Shown here piece after piece: positions 8,474 through 16,371 of a DNA stretch of 64,000 bases. Under the pieces are notes generated by a model. It saw only the letters and a program-made list of their open reading frames with translations, did no database searches and was not told the DNA's origin. This DNA comes from Fibrobacteria bacterium. Its GTDB lineage: Bacteria; Fibrobacterota; Fibrobacteria; UBA11236; JADFYW01. The stretch is taken from assembly GCA_050294405.1 (NCBI GenBank), contig JBNKOC010000009.1:64001-128000 (forward strand). The letters run 5' to 3'. The position numbers and the translations under genes are program-made. Within the stretch, counting starts at the first letter, position 1; every line of letters starts with the position of its first letter.

Positions 8474-8526
8474 ACTAGTCTCTAATGGGAGACTAGTTTT
8501 TTTATAACCTGTCTCTAATAAGAGAC
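8474..8526. promoter_or_regulatory. Two palindromic operators GTCTCTAATnnGAGAC in a divergent promoter region
   Basis: 8478..8493 and 8511..8526; the first extends to ACTAGTCTC-N6-GAGACTAGT and overlaps TTGACT (8471-8476). Confidence 0.75.
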
Positions 8527-8558
8527 TTAGGTGTATAAATATTATTTCTAGTCGAAAA

Positions 8559-8798
8559 ATGAAATTTGTTAGCACTAAAACTTTTTTGATAATCACTTAT
8601 TTTGCATTTTTAACGGCCCTTGTAGGGTATTACAAAAAATCGAAAGAATTAAATAAAACTAATGTATGGCTAAAAATAATGTATGGCAAACTGACCCCTA
8701 AAGCCAAAATGGAAATGGAACGGGATATTGAGTTAAAAAACTATTTAGATGGCGAGATTGATAAATTAATAAGGCCGTATGAGGGATTCTATCCTTAG
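8559..8798 (+). CDS. Small hypothetical protein with N-terminal transmembrane segment
   Basis: First ORF after the operators; hydrophobic FLIITYFAFLTALVGYY. Confidence 0.5.
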   Translation: MKFVSTKTFLIITYFAFLTALVGYYKKSKELNKTNVWLKIMYGKLTPKAKMEMERDIELKNYLDGEIDKLIRPYEGFYP

Positions 8799-8814
8799 TT
8801 AAGACTAATTTTAT

Positions 8815-8979
8815 ATGAAAAGAAATGTCCCAATAAGACTTGGTACTGAAGAAAACTTAGCCAAGCTAAATCATAACCTTTTGTTTAAATTAAATTCAAT
8901 TGATGATATGAATGTTAAGCAAAAAAAATCTGAATCAAATAAAAACGACAAGAAACTTAATCCACCAACAAAAAATTGA
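8815..8979 (+). CDS. Possible 54-aa hypothetical protein
   Basis: ATG 8815 to TGA 8979, co-oriented with neighbours; no recognised motif. Confidence 0.25.
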   Translation: MKRNVPIRLGTEENLAKLNHNLLFKLNSIDDMNVKQKKSESNKNDKKLNPPTKN

Positions 8980-9202
8980 ATTTTTTGATATTCGTGAAGT
9001 GTAATCAAATCTAATTTTTTTCTAAAAAAAGTTTCCCAGCCAAATTGAGAATTTAGTAAACAAAGGAAATATTTTTTCACAAGCAGCTGTGTATGTAATC
9101 ATTTTTTTTACACACAGCTGTTTACGTAAAATGTTATTGAAATTGATTTTCCTGAAATTAAATTGTGTGCAATTAACATTTAATTGTAACGCAAGGAGTA
9201 CC

Positions 9203-9634
9203 ATGGCTCGACCAATAAAAGACAATGCTGATTACTTTCCTCATGAAAAACATTTGAGAGACAAACCTGAAATGCACTACATCCGGAAAAAATTTGGGGA
9301 AGGTGGTTTCGGTATTGTAATTATGTTACTAGAATACTTAACTGATAAAGAAAATTTTCGTTGTACGTTTAATGAAAATGAAAAAAAATTATTATCGATT
9401 AATTTCTGGGTTGAAATTGAATTAATTAATCAAATTATAGAAGATTGTATTAAAATCGGCTTTTTTGTAAAAGTAACCATTAGAGATGAATTTGAATGCC
9501 CTTATTTGAATGCTCAAATGACAGCTCTAATAAGCAAACGACTGAATATGAGAAAGCTTCGCGAGGAAAAAATTAAACTCGAAATAGAGCAAAAAAATAA
9601 AGAATTAGGACAAAATTATCCAATAGATGATTAG
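9203..9634 (+). CDS. DUF4373/Lin1244-like phage replication initiator N-terminal domain, possibly truncated
   Basis: MARPIKDNADYFPH..IRKKFGEGGFGIVIMLLEYL..IIEDCIKIGFF; RBS AAGGAG. Confidence 0.7.
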   Translation: MARPIKDNADYFPHEKHLRDKPEMHYIRKKFGEGGFGIVIMLLEYLTDKENFRCTFNENEKKLLSINFWVEIELINQIIEDCIKIGFFVKVTIRDEFECPYLNAQMTALISKRLNMRKLREEKIKLEIEQKNKELGQNYPIDD

Positions 9635-9759
9635 TGATGCACAAATGCAGTTTGTGGAACATAGAAAGAAAAGTAAATAAGAGGATAGTAAGAAAAGAAA
9701 AGAAGAGAAGAGTATTACAGTAATTCATTATGAAATTAATTTTTTGGAGGAAATTAAAC

Positions 9760-9963
9760 ATGCTGTTAAAAGAAAAATCGCTAGGGGAAAGGTTGGTTTA
9801 TTGGAAACCGGATCTAAGACATATTTTAGGAATTAGTACCCGAACTATTGATAGACTTTTGTCTAAGCAAGAGTTTCCGAATCCTGATTTGAGAATGAAT
9901 GGAAGACCTGCTTGGAAAAGGCAAACAATTATTAATTGGGTGGAAAATAATTTTGAATATTAA
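9760..9963 (+). CDS. AlpA/excisionase-like winged-helix protein
   Basis: LGISTRTIDRLLSKQEFPNP..GRPAWKRQTIINW; RBS GGAGG; overlaps the integrase start. Confidence 0.85.
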   Translation: MLLKEKSLGERLVYWKPDLRHILGISTRTIDRLLSKQEFPNPDLRMNGRPAWKRQTIINWVENNFEY

Positions 9964-11170
9964 ATACCAAATCCTCAAAGTCAAAAATTCTAAGGGGAAA
10001 TATTTACCCAAGTGGAAGATGCGATTTTTTGATGTTAATGGGAAATATATGGGCCAGGAAACAGGCTTTACTGATAAAAGGGAAACTATTAAGTTTGCGG
10101 AAAAAAGGGTAAGGGAACTCGAAGAAGAATTATTAAATCCCTATTTACCAAAATTAAGCAATCGCCCCATTGAAGAATTATTTAGGGAGTATATCTCCAT
10201 TGAATCCAAAAATGGGGGAAGGGGAGGTTACCCCTGGTCAAAGCGTCATCAAAATGATGTAACCACAAATTTATTTTGGTGGAAGTCAGAAATTAGCCTC
10301 AATTTATTGGGGGATATAACCCTAGCCAAAGTGGAAGCCAAACTTTCTTCCCTTGTTGGAAAAGTGGTTAATAAAACCTTGAACATGAAAGCTGCCTCAC
10401 TCAAAACCTTTTTGAATTGGTGCGTTAAGCATAATTACATAGTTTCAAATCCCTTAAACCCACTCCGAAAATATCAGGAAAAGGTTAAAAATCCACGCAG
10501 GGCGCTATCTCTCTCCGAAATAAAATTTCTTTTGGAATCTGTTTCCCCTGAAAAATATTTGGCCTACAAAATGGCCCTATTAACAGGAATGCGAAATAGT
10601 GAATTAGCCAGCTTAACAGTTGGGGCTATTGACTGGGATTTAAACCTTGTGACCCTTAAACCTGAACATGCCAAGAATCGAAAGCGCTTTGAATTTTCAT
10701 TGCCCAAAGATTTCATTATAGAGCTTTATAGGGCCACAAAGGGAAAGCCAGGCAAAGCAAAGCTTTTAGAGGGGTTAAGTCAAAATCACGCTGGTGAGCT
10801 GCTCAGAAGCGATATGAAGGCAGCAGGGCTTGAAACCAACAACTCGGAGGGGAAAATTGATTTTCATTCCCTTAGAGTGACTTTTATTACTCACATGGCA
10901 AGACTAGGGACGGACATTAAAACCTTACAGGAAATTGCACGCCATAGCGATATAAACATGACCATGAATGTTTATGCTAAAACCAATCCTGAACTAAGAG
11001 CTGGGGCTATTAATGCACTCAACGAGGCTGTTGCTGGGGATTTGTGCCATATTCGTAACACGGCCCCAACCAATCCACGAATTTTTAGAATTTTGCGCAA
11101 TAAACCCCTCGGAGTGACTGGATTCGAACCAGCGGCCTCATCGTCCCGAACGATGCACTCTACCAGCTGA
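9899..11170 (+). CDS. int: Tyrosine recombinase/integrase (start may be TTG 9953); reads through the att core into the antisense tRNA
   Basis: Catalytic set TGMRNSE, HAKNR, FHSLR, ARHS, MNVY. Confidence 0.95.
   Translation: MEDLLGKGKQLLIGWKIILNIKYQILKVKNSKGKYLPKWKMRFFDVNGKYMGQETGFTDKRETIKFAEKRVRELEEELLNPYLPKLSNRPIEELFREYISIESKNGGRGGYPWSKRHQNDVTTNLFWWKSEISLNLLGDITLAKVEAKLSSLVGKVVNKTLNMKAASLKTFLNWCVKHNYIVSNPLNPLRKYQEKVKNPRRALSLSEIKFLLESVSPEKYLAYKMALLTGMRNSELASLTVGAIDWDLNLVTLKPEHAKNRKRFEFSLPKDFIIELYRATKGKPGKAKLLEGLSQNHAGELLRSDMKAAGLETNNSEGKIDFHSLRVTFITHMARLGTDIKTLQEIARHSDINMTMNVYAKTNPELRAGAINALNEAVAGDLCHIRNTAPTNPRIFRILRNKPLGVTGFEPAASSSRTMHSTS
11042..11061 (+). repeat. Putative integrase arm-type site, copy 2
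   Basis: TTGTGCCATATTCGTAACAC is 19/20 identical to 4248..4267. Confidence 0.7.
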
Positions 11171-11181
11171 GCTACACTCCG
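11109..11181 (-). tRNA. tRNA-Pro(CGG), CCA not encoded
   Basis: CGGAGTG acceptor stem, TAGCTCAGCTGGTAGAGT D-arm, CATCG-TTCGGGA-CGATG anticodon arm, GCTGG-TTCGAAT-CCAGT T-arm. Confidence 0.96.
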
Positions 11182-11278
11182 AGCTTGGGTGGAAAATAAT
11201 ATCGAAGTAATCTATTTAATTTTTCAGGATGTTCGCCAGTTGAAAAGCTTTTAATGAAAAATTAGGTGCATAATGGTT

Positions 11279-12814
11279 TCAATTCATAAGAAGCTCATCT
11301 AACTCAACCTGAGCCTGTTGAGAAAAAGCTGCTTCTGGTGATTTTAAATAGGTTTTAAAACTTTTAATGGCATTTTTTTTATTCTCCCCATAATATTTTT
11401 CAATTAATCCTAACGCGAACTGGTATTTATTTATTTCAGGATGATGGTGGATGGCGTTTTTAAGGCTTCCTTTTAATTCATTAAATTGCCCAAGCCTTCC
11501 CTGAGACCAAATTAAATTTTCACTGGCTTCCAAGTTTTTACGGTTTTCTTTAAGAGCCAGTTTCCAGTAAAGCTGGGCTTCTTTAATTAATCCCCTTTTG
11601 TCAAAAAGGTTTCCCAACTCCAGGTATAATTGGGAGTCTTTTTTTAAGTCCAACTTAGCCTCAATTAATTTTCGTCTTTTTTCGAATTGATTGAAACTTT
11701 TAGGTGAGGGGTTCTGGTTTTGTTTTGGGGTTGTGGGAAAGTATTTATCCCAAAGAATTTGAGTTACTTCTCCCCTGATTACGGGCCTTTCAAAGTCAAA
11801 CCCTGACTCTTTTTTTAAATATTTAATGTAATGGCGAAGCCCGGCAGAGGTATCTTTTCGCACATACATTTCAAAGGCCCCCATATTTTTTAAAGTCATA
11901 GGATTATTGGGTTGGAGGGTCAGGGCCTTTGTAAAGCTGGCTTCGGCTTCTTTTAACTTGTTTAAGTCAATTTGAGATGTCGCCAGATAATTCAAATACA
12001 TAATATTGTCCGGGTCAAGCCTTAAGCAATTGGCGAAGGCCATTTGGGCTTCCAGGTATTCCTGGCGTTGTTGGTGTAAAATACCTAACCACTGGTAGGC
12101 TTCTATATCATCAGGGTTTAATTCAATGGCTCTTTGTAGTTCTGCTAATGCGGAATCCCCTTCTGATGTTTTGTAATAGTTTTGCAATCGGGTTAAATCT
12201 TCATCCCAGGACCGGGAAGTTAAGTGCCGTCTCCAATTATTTTCCATTCCTGTTTGATTGATTTTTTGAATGCGGGCGATGGCCAGGGATTTAAATTCCA
12301 GGGCTGTGCCGCCCTGGCTGCTCAATTTTTGAGACAAAATATTTTTAACAAGCTTGTGTTTTCCCTTGCTAATAAAATCCTTTACATCTTCCATGGTGGG
12401 GGAAGTGACCTTTTGAACCAGAGAAAGGGCGATGTAAAGACTTCCACCAAACATCAAAATGATAAGGGCAAGAATGGTTAAGGTGGGGTAAAAACTTTTT
12501 TTATAGGTCCCCTTTTTAGGGTTGTGGCCAATCGAAAAATCCTGTTTGGTTTTTTCAGCAGTAGGACTAATAGGTTTTAAGGAAGGAATGGTTGGCAAAC
12601 ATCTTACGGTGTAACCTAATGCTGTGAACTCTTCCACCAGGGTGTTTGCGGTATTTTCAGAGGCTTGGGCTGTTACGGTGTGGGGAAGATTCTGCAACCA
12701 GAATTTTATTTCTTTTGCATCTGCCCTGGAAAATTTTTGCAGAAGTTCAATTGCCTGATTTTCCCTGGGGTTAGGGGAAGCCTTTTCCAGGATAATCCGG
12801 TATCTGGGGGGCAT
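11279..12814 (-). CDS. Single-pass membrane TPR protein with bL12-CTD-like N-terminal domain
   Basis: TPR helices (AIELNPDDIEAYQWLG, ALTLQPNNPMTLKNMG); TM LTILALIILMFGGSLYIAL. Confidence 0.8.
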   Translation of the reverse strand: MPPRYRIILEKASPNPRENQAIELLQKFSRADAKEIKFWLQNLPHTVTAQASENTANTLVEEFTALGYTVRCLPTIPSLKPISPTAEKTKQDFSIGHNPKKGTYKKSFYPTLTILALIILMFGGSLYIALSLVQKVTSPTMEDVKDFISKGKHKLVKNILSQKLSSQGGTALEFKSLAIARIQKINQTGMENNWRRHLTSRSWDEDLTRLQNYYKTSEGDSALAELQRAIELNPDDIEAYQWLGILHQQRQEYLEAQMAFANCLRLDPDNIMYLNYLATSQIDLNKLKEAEASFTKALTLQPNNPMTLKNMGAFEMYVRKDTSAGLRHYIKYLKKESGFDFERPVIRGEVTQILWDKYFPTTPKQNQNPSPKSFNQFEKRRKLIEAKLDLKKDSQLYLELGNLFDKRGLIKEAQLYWKLALKENRKNLEASENLIWSQGRLGQFNELKGSLKNAIHHHPEINKYQFALGLIEKYYGENKKNAIKSFKTYLKSPEAAFSQQAQVELDELLMN

Positions 12815-13302
12815 TATTCGCTTTCCAAATCTGTTTTGCTTATCACATTAATGTTTTCGAAGGGGATGGTAACCTGTCCAGATTTGGCCTGCCCGATAAT
12901 AACATTGTGGATACTGACAAAAGATTTTGTGGGTTTACCTTCTGTTTTAATAGGTTTGATTTCGGTTCCATCATTTAGTTCGATTTTGGCGTGATAGTAT
13001 AGTTTATTGTCTTTGTAATGTGTGGTTGTAGGGTCAATCACAATTTTTTTGATGTATTTTAAATGAACTTTGCGTACCGCTTCACCATCCAGAATTTCGA
13101 TTTCCATTCCATTTTTTAATTTGGTTTTTTCCAAATGGAAAGTCATTCCGGATTGGTCCACAACAACGTATTGCGAGGCACAGGATGTGAAAAAGAGGAA
13201 GATAAACAAAGAGGCCAATACAGCCAGAGTGGGTTTGCTGAAATTTAGCAACTTGAGAACTCTGGTTGGTAAGCCGGTACTATACATAAAATTTTCTTTC
13301 AA
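12814..13302 (-). CDS. Hypothetical lipoprotein
   Basis: Lipobox FFTSC; abuts the TPR gene. Confidence 0.65.
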   Translation of the reverse strand: MKENFMYSTGLPTRVLKLLNFSKPTLAVLASLFIFLFFTSCASQYVVVDQSGMTFHLEKTKLKNGMEIEILDGEAVRKVHLKYIKKIVIDPTTTHYKDNKLYYHAKIELNDGTEIKPIKTEGKPTKSFVSIHNVIIGQAKSGQVTIPFENINVISKTDLESE

Positions 13303-13462
13303 AAAATAGTCTCAATGACTCGCCTAAAGCATCTGGTTCGGCTTTTACAAAATACCAGCCTTCATTCCATTTTCTTTCGGTTTCTTTTTCAATTTCCTTT
13401 AAAATGACCTTAGGATTGAGGTTTTGGGGGAGCTCAATGACGCTTTGATCAAATTCTTTCAT
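13280..13462 (-). CDS. Small hypothetical protein (DUF4177-like)
   Basis: WNEGWYFV..LFFER pattern; operon position. Confidence 0.55.
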   Translation of the reverse strand: MKEFDQSVIELPQNLNPKVILKEIEKETERKWNEGWYFVKAEPDALGESLRLFFERKFYV

Positions 13463-13509
13463 GCTGAAATACCCTTAACTTATTATAGCACTAATTTTGA
13501 CCCATTTGC

Positions 13510-14181
13510 CTAGTAGTCTGGTTTGGATTGGGAACTGAGACTGGATTGGGGAGTATAAAGTATTTTATCAGAAATAGCTTTAAGTCCCGCTTTAAATATT
13601 TGCTTTGAAGGAAGCAGTTTTTCCTTGTCCAGTGCTTCGTCCAGCACAATGGCCTGAATCCGCAAAAATGGAGAATCAAAAGGGGTTTCCCAAAATTTAA
13701 TTTCAATAACCATTCTTCTTTCAAAGAGCCCTTCTTTTTGTTGCAGAATATTGGACTTGATGTAAGGAGTCAGTAAAATTTTATAGGAGTAATCGCCCAC
13801 CAAGTTTGGCAAAAGGCTATCGGCTATTTCCCGATGTTTCTGTATGTGCTCCACATAGGCCAGATGGGCTTTGGCCTGCGTGCGACTTAGCCTTTCCACA
13901 TCGTGCCCATACACAACTAATTGTTGGCCCGGACGAGCTTCTTTTAAAAATTCGGAAAATTTTCCGATATCTTCCAAGTCCCTGCCTAGTCCGGATTGGG
14001 GTACAAAGGGAAGCACCAGCCAGGGCTGAGTGAGCAATTGGGTGGCTTCATCCGGATTGATATAACTATCCAGTTGAACGGAGGATTTTACCTTGGGCAC
14101 GCAATGCAATACCAAGAGGGCTATTAGCAAAATGCTTGGCCAGTTTTCCCTGGAGAATAATTTTTCAAAAATAAGTTTCAC
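13510..14181 (-). CDS. Hypothetical lipoprotein
   Basis: ILLIALLVLHC signal; 223-aa ORF. Confidence 0.6.
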   Translation of the reverse strand: MKLIFEKLFSRENWPSILLIALLVLHCVPKVKSSVQLDSYINPDEATQLLTQPWLVLPFVPQSGLGRDLEDIGKFSEFLKEARPGQQLVVYGHDVERLSRTQAKAHLAYVEHIQKHREIADSLLPNLVGDYSYKILLTPYIKSNILQQKEGLFERRMVIEIKFWETPFDSPFLRIQAIVLDEALDKEKLLPSKQIFKAGLKAISDKILYTPQSSLSSQSKPDY

Positions 14182-14246
14182 CTATTCCATTGTCCTAAAA
14201 TTGCGGAATTGGAACAAGAGCGGGATATTGTGGAAAATGGTGAGGA

Positions 14247-14708
14247 TTACAAAAATATGCGAAAGCCGATACTACCATCTAAGCTGAATCGGGTGCCATT
14301 GATAAAATCCACAAATGGCGCCAGTTCAAAGAACATTTCAAAGGTATTTTCTTTATAAATATAGCTGGCTCCCAACGGAACCCGAACTCCAAGGGTGTTA
14401 ACATTTCCCAAAAAACTGCGCAAACCCACTCCCATGTAGGTGGGTAAGCTTCCTCCTTCAATTTGGAATGCAGAAAAATCGTGCATTAAAAAATCGGAAT
14501 GGAGGTAAAAATAATTGTTGTTGTCCTGAAAATTGAAACTAAGGGCTGCATCTATGGCCGCATCATCGGATATCCAGTGTTTAGAAACTATTAAAGCAGG
14601 GCCGTTGTGTATGGCAACGCCTATGGAGTGCCCCCTGGATTGGGAAAAAATACAAATGGGGCTAAGGCCCAAAATTAAAACCAGGAATGTCCAGCGCAGC
14701 AAAACCAT
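14247..14708 (-). CDS. Small outer-membrane beta-barrel-like protein
   Basis: Signal peptide; GVRVPLG, FEMFFELAP, GSIGFRIF. Confidence 0.7.
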   Translation of the reverse strand: MVLLRWTFLVLILGLSPICIFSQSRGHSIGVAIHNGPALIVSKHWISDDAAIDAALSFNFQDNNNYFYLHSDFLMHDFSAFQIEGGSLPTYMGVGLRSFLGNVNTLGVRVPLGASYIYKENTFEMFFELAPFVDFINGTRFSLDGSIGFRIFL

Positions 14709-15038
14709 AAACTGAAAAATACAAAAAAAATGGAAAATTAAACCAACCCAAATGTGGAATACTCAATGGTATTTTCCAAAGTTTCGAGGTTTTTCAAAAT
14801 GTGCAATTGGGTGCGAATGCTATCCATTTGCACATCAGCAGAGTGGTTTGGACCAATTAAATTTCCGATATTAAACTGACTGGCCAATTCTTTTAAACTT
14901 TGGAAGTTTGCAACAGTTTCCATCTTTTCCCTCAATTAATTGCTGGGGAAAATGCTCCCCAGTATTTAAAAAAAATGAATTCTATTGTTGTAAAGCAATA
15001 AAAAAATAGGTCTTACAGTATTTTTTTAATTTTTTTCT

Positions 15039-16100
15039 TTACCCAGCGATGGCCGCAGTTTGGGATTCGAGGCTTTCGGCCGCCTGAAAAATCAAAGACT
15101 CTGTATCTTGCCAAGAAATACAGGCATCTGTAATGGAAACCCCATACTTTAAATTTTGGCTGTTATTAAAAGGCTGGTTGCCTTCAAATAAATGGCTTTC
15201 CAGCATCAAACCGAGGATGTTATCATTGCCTGACTTTATTTGCTTGACCACGCTTTCCCATACCAATTTTTGATTTCCATGAACTTTGTTGGAATTCGCG
15301 TGGCTGCAATCAATCATAACCGCCGGAGAAAGTCCTGCTTTTTTTAATTGTTCCTGGGCCATGTTAATGCTTTCCGGTCCGTAGTTGGGTTTTCCTTTGC
15401 CGCCGCGAAGGACCATATGTCCGTATGGGTTGCCCTGAGTTTTAACCAGGCTGATTTTTCCCTCCATGTTAATGCCCAAAAAGCTATGAGGATGTTTAGC
15501 AGACTCCATGGCATCTATCGCGATTTGCACGTTTCCATCAGTTCCATTTTTAAAGCCTACTGGCATGGAAAGGCCGCTGGCCATCTCTCTATGAGTTTGA
15601 GATTCCGTGGTGCGGGCACCGATAGCAGCCCAACTAATAAAATTGCCGATGTATTGGGGAACAATTGGATCAAGCAATTCAGTTGCAATAGGAAGACCCA
15701 TTTCGGAAATTTGATTGAGTAACATCCTGGCTTGTTTAAGACCTTCAGCAATATCACAACTTCCATCCAGATGGGGGTCATTAATAAGCCCCTTCCATCC
15801 TATTGTGGTTCTGGGTTTTTCAAAATAAACCCTCATTATTATCATCAAAGAGGAATCTACCTGTTTTTTAAGCTCGCTCAGTCGTTCGGCATATTCAAGG
15901 GCCGCTTTGGTGTCATGTATGGAGCAGGGGCCTGTAATGACCACGGTCCTTTTATCTTTACCGCTAATAATATCCATCAATTGAGTCCGACTTTTGGCTA
16001 TTAAGGATTCCGATTTTTCAGACTGAGGCAATTCTTTTGCCATATCCGATGGGGCTGGAATTGGTTGAATGGATTCAATATGTATGTCTTGCATTTTCAT
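15039..16100 (-). CDS. aroG: 3-deoxy-7-phosphoheptulonate (DAHP) synthase, class I-alpha
   Basis: GPCSIHD, RVYFEKPRTTIGWKG, IGARTTESQTHRE, DCSHANS, YGVSITDAC. Confidence 0.95.
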   Translation of the reverse strand: MKMQDIHIESIQPIPAPSDMAKELPQSEKSESLIAKSRTQLMDIISGKDKRTVVITGPCSIHDTKAALEYAERLSELKKQVDSSLMIIMRVYFEKPRTTIGWKGLINDPHLDGSCDIAEGLKQARMLLNQISEMGLPIATELLDPIVPQYIGNFISWAAIGARTTESQTHREMASGLSMPVGFKNGTDGNVQIAIDAMESAKHPHSFLGINMEGKISLVKTQGNPYGHMVLRGGKGKPNYGPESINMAQEQLKKAGLSPAVMIDCSHANSNKVHGNQKLVWESVVKQIKSGNDNILGLMLESHLFEGNQPFNNSQNLKYGVSITDACISWQDTESLIFQAAESLESQTAAIAG

Positions 16101-16113
16101 AATTTTTTCCTTC

Positions 16114-16142
16114 AAAAAAAAAGCCCCCGGTTTTCCGAGGGC
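16114..16142 (-). terminator. Attenuator terminator upstream of DAHP synthase
   Basis: The - strand reads GCCCTCGG-AAAA-CCGGGGGC followed by a T9 run, 14 nt before the ATG. Confidence 0.85.
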
Positions 16143-16166
16143 CCGTTGAGAATTTCTAAATGCGAA

Positions 16167-16238
16167 TTACCCAACCGGCCCTAGGCTGGTAAAGTATCCA
16201 AAAAAACTAAAACCCAGAACGGCTAATATTCGAAACAT
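16167..16238 (-). CDS. Phe-rich attenuator leader peptide (23 aa)
   Basis: MFRILAVLGFSFFGYFTSLGPVG*, five TTT codons and one TAC, followed by antiterminator and terminator. Confidence 0.8.
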   Translation of the reverse strand: MFRILAVLGFSFFGYFTSLGPVG

Positions 16239-16371
16239 TTCTATAATCTAAATCCCAAGTTGGAAAAAATCAAATTGGCTCCATGGGCAATTTTAAAGAT
16301 TTCTTTTGAGTCTGCTGCCTAAAAGGGAGTATTTTATAAAAATTGAGTTTTTTTTGAGGTGATTTTCACAA

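Larger units (their letters stand above)
4093..11134. mobile_element. Integrative element (PICI/phage-satellite-like), 7016-bp circle when excised, inserted in tRNA-Pro(CGG)
   Basis: 26-bp direct repeat equal to the tRNA 3' end at both ends; integrase next to the tRNA; xis, replication, terS-like and repressor genes; visibly more AT-rich than the flanks. Confidence 0.92.

Noticed and set aside
14738..14935. 65-aa ORF downstream of DAHP synthase
   Set aside because: No motif and weak start context; may be real but is unsupported
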